Source of the DNA: a virus | Direction: 5' to 3' (one strand) | IMG/VR virus record: IMGVR_UViG_3300047089_000113 | Span: 1-64,000 of that record | Length of the DNA: 64,000 nt | Shown here: positions 56,753-64,000 of the stretch, piece by piece | Numbering within the stretch: position 1 is the stretch's first letter | Layout: every line of letters begins with the position of its first letter | Notes under the pieces: generated by a model | The model's database searches: none | Told to the model about the DNA's origin: nothing | The model's input: only the letters and a program-made list of their open reading frames with translations | Made by a program: the position numbers and the translations under genes

Positions 56753-57673
56753 GTGGAAAACGAGGACTTCAAGGTCCCGTGCAAGGCCGCGTTCGAGTTC
56801 ATCACGCCCGAGAAGGCGAAGCAGATGCTCGACACCGGCATCAACCGGCGCAACCGGAAGGTGACGGAGCCCGCCAAGAAGCGGCTCCAGGGCATCATCG
56901 AGCGCGGCGAGTGGATGTTCGACTCCACCGACGCGATCGGCACGGCCAAGGACGGCTCTGTCGTCAACGGCCAGCACCGCCTCACCGCGATCTCCGAGGG
57001 CAGCAAGGGAGTCTGGGCACTGGTTGTCCGGGGCGTCCGGCCCGAGATCATCAAGGTGATCGACCAGCCGACGATGCGGACGATCCAGCAGGCGCTGGAA
57101 ATCGACGGCCGGTTCCCCGAGCCGGGTCCGCTGGCATCTGCGCTGAAGGACACCCACAAGTACCTGATCCACGGGTTCAAGAAGACCCTGCCGACCGAGT
57201 ACAAGCCCACCATCCCGCAGCTCCTGGAGCTGCTGGCTGAGCACCCGCACCTGGTAGACAGCCTCGGCCTGGCCGGGAAGGTCTACCGCAACCCCTACAA
57301 GGCGCTCCCCAAGGGAGCCTGGACCGCCCTGCACTACGCCTTTAGCTGCGCCGACGCGGAGCTGGCTGACCAGTTCCTCACGGCCATCGCTACCGGCGAG
57401 GACATCAACGACGGCGATCCCGCCTACCTGCTCCGGGAGCGGTTCTTCATCACCGAGCCCAGCAAGGCCAACGACACGCGCAAGCGGACCCTGGAGGTTC
57501 ACGAGGCCGTGTCCCTGGCCATCATGGCGTGGGAGGCAACCCGCGCTGGCGGGCTGACCGTCAAGGAGACCAAGGTGCTCCGCACCGGCTTCCCGCTGGC
57601 GGCTGCCCCGATGCCGGTCGTGACCGGCGTGCCGTGGCTGGCCCGCGACGACAACGGGAAGGCGGCTGCCTGA
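56753..57673 (+). CDS. ParB/Srx-like (xGQHRL) protein
   Basis: ITPEKA..ML…N..NR…GEW…DG.VVNGQHRL.AI…ID…R. Confidence 0.75.
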   Translation: MENEDFKVPCKAAFEFITPEKAKQMLDTGINRRNRKVTEPAKKRLQGIIERGEWMFDSTDAIGTAKDGSVVNGQHRLTAISEGSKGVWALVVRGVRPEIIKVIDQPTMRTIQQALEIDGRFPEPGPLASALKDTHKYLIHGFKKTLPTEYKPTIPQLLELLAEHPHLVDSLGLAGKVYRNPYKALPKGAWTALHYAFSCADAELADQFLTAIATGEDINDGDPAYLLRERFFITEPSKANDTRKRTLEVHEAVSLAIMAWEATRAGGLTVKETKVLRTGFPLAAAPMPVVTGVPWLARDDNGKAAA

Positions 57674-57674
57674 G

Positions 57675-58592
57675 ATGAACACCCGCCACCTCGCGGTGGT
57701 GGACTCGGCGGGCCGGGGCGATTCAGCCCCGGCCCTGCCGGGCTCTGGCCGCGAATATGACAGGATCGTGGCCGCCGCGCTCGATGAAGACGAGAAGAAG
57801 GGCAGCTACTTCAAGTTCCGCACAGCCGAAGCCCTGGCGCTGGATATCCCGGAAATAGGCGGCGGCAACCGGCGGCCTGAGAAGGACATCCCCGCGAGGC
57901 TTGCCGAAGCTCGCCAGGCCATCATCGACGCTGGCGGGAAAGCACGGTCAGCGGGGACACTAAAGGACTACCGCCTGGCCGCTCTGTGGGTCATAGATAG
58001 GGATCTCCCTACTTATGCTTTCCGGTGGGTAACCGGGGCGGCGATCAACACGCACGCCGAGGCTCGCAAGTATGGCATGTCCTATGAGGACTTTGCCACC
58101 TTGCCCCCGGAAGACCGGAAGGTGGACAGGATACGCGAGATGCACGGTGCCGCGACAACTCACGGCAGCCCGAGCGGCAGGAAGCCCGCCAAGGTGGCTA
58201 AGGCCGAGGTCAGCGCTCGCAAAGAGAAGCGCAAGGCTGAGCTAGCTGAAAGCGCGAAGTCCAGGGACGCCATCCGCGAGAACGCCTACAACACGATGCG
58301 CAACGCCCCGCCCGGAGCGCAGAATAACCCGATGTTCTGGCGCGCGTCCAAGGTGGAAGCGCTGATCAACGAGCTGCGCTCGATCGAGCCCGAGGTTGCG
58401 GCCAGTAATCTCGTCCCGCCCGCGTTCCGCTTCTTCACCGCCGAGAACCGCGACTGGTGGGACCGGTTTGTCACGGCCTGCGAGAAGCGGCTGGCGGATG
58501 AGATGCCAGGTGAGAAGCCGCTGAAGCGGCACCCGGCACGGGCTCCGTGGGCCGAGTCGGGCCTGGACACCGGGCGGGAGTCACCGTCATGA
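57675..58592 (+). CDS. Hypothetical protein (305 aa)
   Basis: Long ORF starting 1 bp after the ParB-like stop; less biased codon usage. Confidence 0.6.
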   Translation: MNTRHLAVVDSAGRGDSAPALPGSGREYDRIVAAALDEDEKKGSYFKFRTAEALALDIPEIGGGNRRPEKDIPARLAEARQAIIDAGGKARSAGTLKDYRLAALWVIDRDLPTYAFRWVTGAAINTHAEARKYGMSYEDFATLPPEDRKVDRIREMHGAATTHGSPSGRKPAKVAKAEVSARKEKRKAELAESAKSRDAIRENAYNTMRNAPPGAQNNPMFWRASKVEALINELRSIEPEVAASNLVPPAFRFFTAENRDWWDRFVTACEKRLADEMPGEKPLKRHPARAPWAESGLDTGRESPS

Positions 58593-58861
58593 ACAGCGAG
58601 CTGGTCAAGCGGCTGCTGGACATCGGGGACACCATGATGGAGCCCGAGCAGCAGCGTGTCCTGCACGGCAGCATGATCATGGAGATGCTGGCCGAGGCGC
58701 AGCAGGCCCGCGATGACTACCTGGCCGACATCCAGATGCTGCGCGAGCGCGGCCACGATTTCGAGCCCGACCAGAAGCTGCTGACCGCCCTGTCCGATGT
58801 GATCACCGCACTTGCCGAGCACGCGACGGCCCTGTTCGAGGGCGGCGAGGACGGTGAGTAA
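58589..58861 (+). CDS. Small acidic helical protein
   Basis: MNSELVKR…, GGGAG RBS, ATGA overlap. Confidence 0.55.
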   Translation: MNSELVKRLLDIGDTMMEPEQQRVLHGSMIMEMLAEAQQARDDYLADIQMLRERGHDFEPDQKLLTALSDVITALAEHATALFEGGEDGE

Positions 58862-59066
58862 GCGCCGGTTCCAGAACAAGGCGGCGAAGGAGCTGGCTGA
58901 CCAGATCCGGGCGGCCGACCCGTCTGCGGTGATCGAGTTCAACCGGCTCGGACATCTCAAGGTCACCGGCCCGGCCGGGACCGCCGTGATCCCCGGCAAG
59001 CCGAAGTTCCCGGCCAAGTCGCGGGTGCGGCTGGCCCGTTACGCTGGCATCTACCTGGCCGCCTGA
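58854..59066 (+). CDS. HicA-like small basic protein
   Basis: 70 aa with the KEL…GHLKV…G.AVIP pattern. Confidence 0.5.
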   Translation: MSKRRFQNKAAKELADQIRAADPSAVIEFNRLGHLKVTGPAGTAVIPGKPKFPAKSRVRLARYAGIYLAA

Positions 59067-59191
59067 GCACCGAGCGCCCGTCACTTTCAGGTCCCCCAGT
59101 GGCGGGCGTTCGGCATTCCCGCAGGCCAGCGGGAAGACCGGCGTCAGTTACCCTGTTTACAGGAAGATGACGATGAGGAATAGGTGCTGAG

Positions 59192-59695
59192 ATGGCTGTT
59201 ACCGTTGCCGGTCGCGTGATCGAGGGCCACCTGGCGTGCCCGCCGGTCAGCACCGAGCTGGACGAGGAAACCGGGCGCAAGCGCGAGCGCTTCGTGACCA
59301 TGGAGCTGTACGCCCTGGATGACGGCGGCTGGCTGGCGCACCGTACCGGCTGGTCGGTGATCTACCACCGCCGCGATACCTTCTGCACCACGCGCGGGGG
59401 CCGCAAGAGCGGGGACCTGGCCAGCGTCGATGACCTGCCCGACGACGCGATGCCGTGCCCGCAGTGCCAGCCCCCCGCTCCCCGCAGGCTGCCCGATGGG
59501 CCGGGCGTGGTCCGGTTCGAGTTCCCCCGGCATAGCTGGGACCAGTGCCCGACGCCTGAGCTGATCAAGATGCGGCTGACCACGGTGCGGTCCCGCGACG
59601 GCGGGATCAGCGAGTTCATGAGCGAGCCGGTGGCCGAGCTGCTGCGCAACGCCGCCGCGATCTACCCTGAGTTTGCGCCGCTGCTCGCGGCGTGA
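59192..59695 (+). CDS. Hypothetical protein (H…C…CPQC)
   Basis: 167 aa after the palindrome and ACGATGAGG motif. Confidence 0.6.
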   Translation: MAVTVAGRVIEGHLACPPVSTELDEETGRKRERFVTMELYALDDGGWLAHRTGWSVIYHRRDTFCTTRGGRKSGDLASVDDLPDDAMPCPQCQPPAPRRLPDGPGVVRFEFPRHSWDQCPTPELIKMRLTTVRSRDGGISEFMSEPVAELLRNAAAIYPEFAPLLAA

Positions 59696-59774
59696 CGTAG
59701 GGTGTAAACACCTGGCTCGCGCTCTCCCCCCCAGGCGCGGGCCAGGTCTGATAACGATGAGGAAGGCCGCAGCC

Positions 59775-60353
59775 GTGAACACCGATATCGACAAGCTGGA
59801 GCCCGGCACGTTCGGCGTCAGCCACGGCGGCGGCACCGCCGGGGAGCTGATCCGGCACGCTACCGGCTCCTGGGCCGGGCACGCCTTCCTGTACCTGGGC
59901 GGCGGGCTGATCGTGCAGGGCCAGCCCCCGCAGGCGGCCACCGCGCCCGCAGCCAGCCACGGTGACGCCATCTGGGCCTGGCGGATGTGGGACTACCTGC
60001 GCGAGAACGGCTGGACCGCCGACCAGGCCGCCGCCGCCCAGGCCAAGGTGGTCGAGCGCGGCAGGCAGCTCATCGGGTGCAGCTACGATTTCGAGGCGTA
60101 CGGCGCGTTCACCCTGATGGTGCTGAAGCTGCGCACCGCCGGGCAGCTCTCCCCGCTGTTCCGCCGGGACGCCTGGCGGGTGTGCTCGGCGCTGGTGGCC
60201 GATGCCGTGGAGTACGGCGGGGTGCCGCTGCACTTTGAGTCCGGCGACGGGCCGGGCCTGGCGCAGCAGGAAGACCTGAAGGTGATCATGCCGCCCAACC
60301 TGGTGGCCCCCGGCATGCTGCTGGGCCTGTCCCAGCGGCTCGGCTGGTCCTGA
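59775..60353 (+). CDS. Permuted papain-like NlpC/P60 (YiiX/YebB-like) enzyme
   Basis: His before Cys: IR.ATGSWAGHA.LY…YDF…VCSALVA…P. GTG start chosen after ACGATGAGGAAGG (ATG at 59757 is also in frame). Confidence 0.75.
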   Translation: MNTDIDKLEPGTFGVSHGGGTAGELIRHATGSWAGHAFLYLGGGLIVQGQPPQAATAPAASHGDAIWAWRMWDYLRENGWTADQAAAAQAKVVERGRQLIGCSYDFEAYGAFTLMVLKLRTAGQLSPLFRRDAWRVCSALVADAVEYGGVPLHFESGDGPGLAQQEDLKVIMPPNLVAPGMLLGLSQRLGWS

Positions 60354-60496
60354 TGGCCGACGATGATCCTCGGGCGCACTACGCCGTCAGGGTGACCGAT
60401 CTCCCGCCCACCGAGATCGTCTGCAAGTGCGGCGAGACGTTCACCGGAGACGACACGATCGGCCAGGTCAAGGCCCACATGGACGCGCTCAACTGA
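60353..60496 (+). CDS. Small CxC…H protein (47 aa)
   Basis: TGATG-coupled at both ends; not in the track. Confidence 0.5.
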   Translation: MADDDPRAHYAVRVTDLPPTEIVCKCGETFTGDDTIGQVKAHMDALN

Positions 60497-62253
60497 TGCC
60501 CGGAGCCCTGGACTCGGTGCGGCTTCACCTCGTTTCCAGCCTGGACGAGCTGGAAGCCTGCCGCCGCTGGGCTGGCGAGCGCCGCGACGTGCCGCTGTTC
60601 GCGGACACCGAGTCCGCCGGGCTCAATCCCCATCATGACCGGATGCGGATGGTGCAACTGGGGGACCTGAACCACGGCTGGGCGTTCCCGCGCGGCTGGT
60701 GGGGAGGCGCGATCGAGCTGCTGACCCGGTACGCCGGGGCCATCGGCTTCCACAACTCCCCGTACGACTGGCGGGTGCTGGCCGTCCACGAGCAGGTTGA
60801 GCCGCAGTGGCACAAGACCGAGGACACGCTGCTGCTCGGGCACATCGCGGACTCACTGCGGCTGGCCGGGCTGAAGCCGAGGGCCACCCAGGAAGTGGAC
60901 CCTCGGGCGCTGCGCGGCGAGCAGGTACTGAGCGAGGGCATGAAGGCCCGGCACTGGACCTGGGATGACGTGCCGGATACCTGGGCTCCCTACTGGATGT
61001 ACGCCGCCCTGGACCCGGTGCTGGCCGCGCACCTGTGGGCCGCGCCGTCCTTCACCCGCGCCCGGACCATCTACCGCGAGGCGTACGACCTGGAGCGCGC
61101 GACCGCGCGGATCTGCGCCCGGATGATGCTCACCGGGATGAGGCTCGACGTCCCCTACATCACCGAGCGGATCTCCGAGATCCAGGACTACACGCACCGC
61201 GCCGGGAGCTGGCTGAGCGGCACGTTCGGGATCAATAATCCGGGGTCAACGAAGCAGGTCACGGCGGCGATGGCCGAGTGGGGCATCCCGGTCTCGGTGT
61301 ACACCGAGAAGGGCAACCCGAGCCTGAACAAAGAGGCGCTGGGCTATTACGCGCTGGCGTACCCGCAGCACAAGGAGCTGTTCGACGCCGTTCGCTGGTG
61401 CCGCAAGGGCAACTCGATGGTGAACAACTACCTGGGCAAGTTCCTGACCTTGCGCAATGACGACATCCTGCACTACAACATCCACTCCTGCCGCGCCCGC
61501 ACGACGCGGATGAGCATTACCGACCCGGCCATGCAGACCTTTGACCGCGACGTCCCGGCTATCCGGGGCGGCTTCCAGCCGCGTGAGGGCTACGCGCTGA
61601 TCACCATTGACGCCGATCAGATAGAGGCACGGCTTACTGCTCATTACGCCAATGACCCGCGCATGATCGCGGACTTCCGCTATGCCGATGAGCACAAGCT
61701 GAAGTTCTTCATCGAGATGGCCAGCCGCATTTACGCCGAGCGGATATCCAAGCGCGACCCCCGGTACACCTGGACCAAGAACGCCACCTACGGCCAGATT
61801 TACGGTGCCGGGCTGGCGAAGGCGGCGGTAACCGCCGGGGTGCCGGTGGAGGTCATGAGGCCCGCTTACGAGGGCCTGAGCCAGATGTACCCGAACGTCG
61901 CCCGGTACATGAACTACCTGATCCGCACCGGCAAGAGCGGTCGGCCGAAAGTGCAGACCATCGACGGCCGGTGGCTGTACACCAACCGGGGGCATGAGTA
62001 CGCGCTGCTCAACACGCAGATCCAGGCCAACGCCGCGATCGTGCTGAAGCGCGGCATCATCAACCTGGACGCGGGCGGCCTGGGCGAGTTCCTGCGGCTG
62101 CCGGTGCACGACGAGCTGTTGCTTGAGGCCCCGGTCGCCATGGCGGCCGACGTGCTGCGCGAGGCCGAGCGCATCCTGACCGACCGCGAGAGCTTCAGAG
62201 TTCCAATTACTTGGAGCGGCAGCATCCTCACCGAGAGATGGGTGAAAACCTGA
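60496..62253 (+). CDS. polA: Family A DNA polymerase with 3'-5' exonuclease
   Basis: ExoI DTES, ExoII HN..YD, ExoIII YAALD; motif A DADQIEAR, motif B K…YG..YG, motif C VHDEL. Start moved to the TGATG at 60496. Confidence 0.93.
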   Translation: MPGALDSVRLHLVSSLDELEACRRWAGERRDVPLFADTESAGLNPHHDRMRMVQLGDLNHGWAFPRGWWGGAIELLTRYAGAIGFHNSPYDWRVLAVHEQVEPQWHKTEDTLLLGHIADSLRLAGLKPRATQEVDPRALRGEQVLSEGMKARHWTWDDVPDTWAPYWMYAALDPVLAAHLWAAPSFTRARTIYREAYDLERATARICARMMLTGMRLDVPYITERISEIQDYTHRAGSWLSGTFGINNPGSTKQVTAAMAEWGIPVSVYTEKGNPSLNKEALGYYALAYPQHKELFDAVRWCRKGNSMVNNYLGKFLTLRNDDILHYNIHSCRARTTRMSITDPAMQTFDRDVPAIRGGFQPREGYALITIDADQIEARLTAHYANDPRMIADFRYADEHKLKFFIEMASRIYAERISKRDPRYTWTKNATYGQIYGAGLAKAAVTAGVPVEVMRPAYEGLSQMYPNVARYMNYLIRTGKSGRPKVQTIDGRWLYTNRGHEYALLNTQIQANAAIVLKRGIINLDAGGLGEFLRLPVHDELLLEAPVAMAADVLREAERILTDRESFRVPITWSGSILTERWVKT

Positions 62254-62498
62254 TGACTGACTACTACACCAAGCGCCCCGTCAAGGGAACCGGCACTGGC
62301 GGCCAGGCAACCGTGACGCAGCCGAAGGTCCAGGAAGTTCTCAGGTGGATCAGGGCGCTACCGATGGGGGCAGGGCCGAGACGCGCCGACTACCCGTCTT
62401 CGCATCATGTGGCGGATCTTGCCCGCCAGGTTGCCGTGGCGGACGGGCTCATGGTGCATACGGGGGGCCGCTACGTCCGCACCAGCAAGCTGGCCTAG
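62253..62498 (+). CDS. Hypothetical protein
   Basis: TGATG-coupled to polA (MTDYYTKR). Confidence 0.5.
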   Translation: MTDYYTKRPVKGTGTGGQATVTQPKVQEVLRWIRALPMGAGPRRADYPSSHHVADLARQVAVADGLMVHTGGRYVRTSKLA

Positions 62499-62810
62499 AT
62501 GATCGGCTACCTGCACATCGGCAAGGTCCGCACCGAGATCGAGAGCATCACCTTCAACGAGGACTGCATGGTGGTGCGGGCCACGCTCGGGCCGGAAGTC
62601 GCGGCCGAGCTGAGAGGCCACGTGAAGATCGAGGGCCTGGACGGCACGGTCTGCTGGCGCGGCACCAAATGGCACGACTACGGCGTCAAGACAGCCGGGG
62701 GCGCGTTCGGGCCGAGCACCTGGACGATCGTGCTCAACGCCGACCTGTTCGACCGGACCAGCGCCACGATCACGGCCAGGTACGAGAACGGGCCGCTGGA
62801 GATCCCGTGA
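62499..62810 (+). CDS. Hypothetical protein
   Basis: 103 aa with normal codon bias. Confidence 0.55.
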   Translation: MIGYLHIGKVRTEIESITFNEDCMVVRATLGPEVAAELRGHVKIEGLDGTVCWRGTKWHDYGVKTAGGAFGPSTWTIVLNADLFDRTSATITARYENGPLEIP

Positions 62811-62812
62811 CG

Positions 62813-63187
62813 TCAGACGGCGGGCGGGGCGTCGGGAGGCGCGGCTGGCGGGGTCACCAGCCCGCTGACGCCCTGCGTAGCCGTGTCGAGCGATGTCTGC
62901 ACGCTCTGGGCTCGGGCCGCGAGCGCGTCGAGCTGGGTGGTGTCCACGGGGGTACCGGCGGCTACCTGGGTAGCGAGGGCCTGGGTATCGGTGACGAGCT
63001 GGGCTGCGTCCGCCGCGACTGCATCCATCATCGAGCTGATGGCTGCGACGTCGGCCTGGATCTGCTGTTCTGACATGAGGATCTGGTTTACCTTCCCGTG
63101 CATACGGTCAACGGAGGTCTGGAGGTTGGACAGTGCCGTGGTCACCTGGACGTACCAGGCTTGCGACGGGGCACGAGACGGGAACAC
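62813..63187 (-). CDS. Coiled-coil protein
   Basis: Heptad-rich ORF (…KVNQILMSEQQIQADV…); start uncertain. Confidence 0.5.
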   Translation of the reverse strand: MFPSRAPSQAWYVQVTTALSNLQTSVDRMHGKVNQILMSEQQIQADVAAISSMMDAVAADAAQLVTDTQALATQVAAGTPVDTTQLDALAARAQSVQTSLDTATQGVSGLVTPPAAPPDAPPAV

Positions 63188-63200
63188 GGCGGCGAGCCGC

Positions 63201-63380
63201 CTACGCAGGCGGTGCTGGCGGGACACTCTCGGCAGCCGGTGCAGTCTCGGCAACCTCATCGGCGCTGGCGCTGGCCTCGGCCACGACAGGCGTCTCCTGC
63301 GCGGCAGTGGCTTCCTCATCCCTGGCGCGCTGCTCCGCGATCTCGGCAGCTACGGCCTCGCGGTCTTGCGGCATGGTCAT
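63201..63380 (-). CDS. Small acidic Ala/Glu-rich protein
   Basis: GGGAGG RBS before MTMPQDRE. Confidence 0.5.
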   Translation of the reverse strand: MTMPQDREAVAAEIAEQRARDEEATAAQETPVVAEASASADEVAETAPAAESVPPAPPA

Positions 63381-63431
63381 GATGACCTCCCTTCGCCCTG
63401 AGCATTGCACCTACCCCTGAAGGAGGCAAAT

Positions 63432-63878
63432 ATGCCAGCCCCGCCGCCGGTCACGCTCTGGATAGACCCCGGTGGTCAGACCGGCTTCGCCTGCCTGGAG
63501 TTCAGCACGTTCTGGGCCGAGGAACACCCGTGGGACCGTGCCTGCGACAAGCTCACCGGCATGGCCAGCTACTACCGCACCGCGCTCTACATCGGCTGGG
63601 AGACGTTCACCATCCTGCCGAGCACGCACAAGCTGAGCCCGCAGCCCGAGGCGTACGAGTTCCCCGGCGTGATCAAGTACGTCGCCCGGACGTGGGGGTG
63701 CCGCCTGCTGCCGCCAGCCCGGCCGTCTGAGCGGAATGTGGCCACGCCCGAGATGCTGAAGCGGGTCGGCTGGTGGGTGCCCGGCAAGGATGACGCCCAG
63801 TCCGCCAGCCAGCATCTGCTGGCCTTCTGCCTCCGCGAGAATTGCGTGCCGCACGCCATTGCGCCGATGATACGGTAG
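63432..63878 (+). CDS. RuvC-like (RNase H fold) resolvase-type nuclease
   Basis: WIDPG.QTGFA…GWETF…DDAQSA..H; AGGAGG RBS. Confidence 0.7.
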   Translation: MPAPPPVTLWIDPGGQTGFACLEFSTFWAEEHPWDRACDKLTGMASYYRTALYIGWETFTILPSTHKLSPQPEAYEFPGVIKYVARTWGCRLLPPARPSERNVATPEMLKRVGWWVPGKDDAQSASQHLLAFCLRENCVPHAIAPMIR

Positions 63879-63922
63879 GCTGTTTACACCGTCCGACCAA
63901 CGATCACGATAAGGGACAGAAG

Positions 63923-64000
63923 ATGGCATCAAAGTCATCGCTTGCCGAGCGCCCGCGCATGCCCAAAGGCACGCCCGCTCAGCGCAAGCGCAAGGCGACC
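63923..64000 (+). CDS. Partial CDS (runs off the right edge)
   Basis: ATG after ACGATAAGGG; MASKSSLAERPRMPK…. Confidence 0.5.
   Translation, partial: MASKSSLAERPRMPKGTPAQRKRKAT

Noticed and set aside
1-64000. Integrase, att site, repressor, tRNA or host genes
   Set aside because: None recognised by eye, so lifestyle (temperate versus lytic) and prophage status cannot be decided from this window.

Overview
The window is about 64 kb of a high-GC tailed (siphovirus-type) phage or prophage of an actinobacterial host. No integrase, tRNA or CRISPR array was seen. Positions 1-55.5 kb are almost all on the minus strand. Read in transcription order (right to left) they carry: Prim-Pol primase, P-loop helicase and an iteron-like origin candidate; many small early genes; a lysis cluster (GH25 endolysin, holin, a Gp49/Acb4-like gene); a secreted cell-wall cassette (Rpf-like, NlpC/P60); terminases; a Mu-like portal and MuF; two very large modular proteins; a Mu-like protease/scaffold; the capsid; head-tail and tail genes; the tape measure protein; and minor tail proteins. 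From 55.6 kb the plus strand carries TOPRIM-like, ParB-like, HicA-like, permuted NlpC/P60, DNA polymerase A and RuvC-like genes. The most striking feature lies between MuF and the prohead protease. There, 1068-aa, 1186-aa and 289-aa proteins are strings of unrelated modules. Each module is preceded by a short [ILV][DE][LM][AGV]-type junction, usually followed by an 'NP.E.RD..GRW' or 'GPKGY.HGWIK' tag. I infer a protease-processed, capsid-loaded cargo polyprotein system; this is not demonstrated. Two dispersed non-coding motifs also recur: a GGTGT-NN-ACACC palindrome and an ACGATGAGG start-associated sequence. All family calls come from motif recognition by eye, without database searches.
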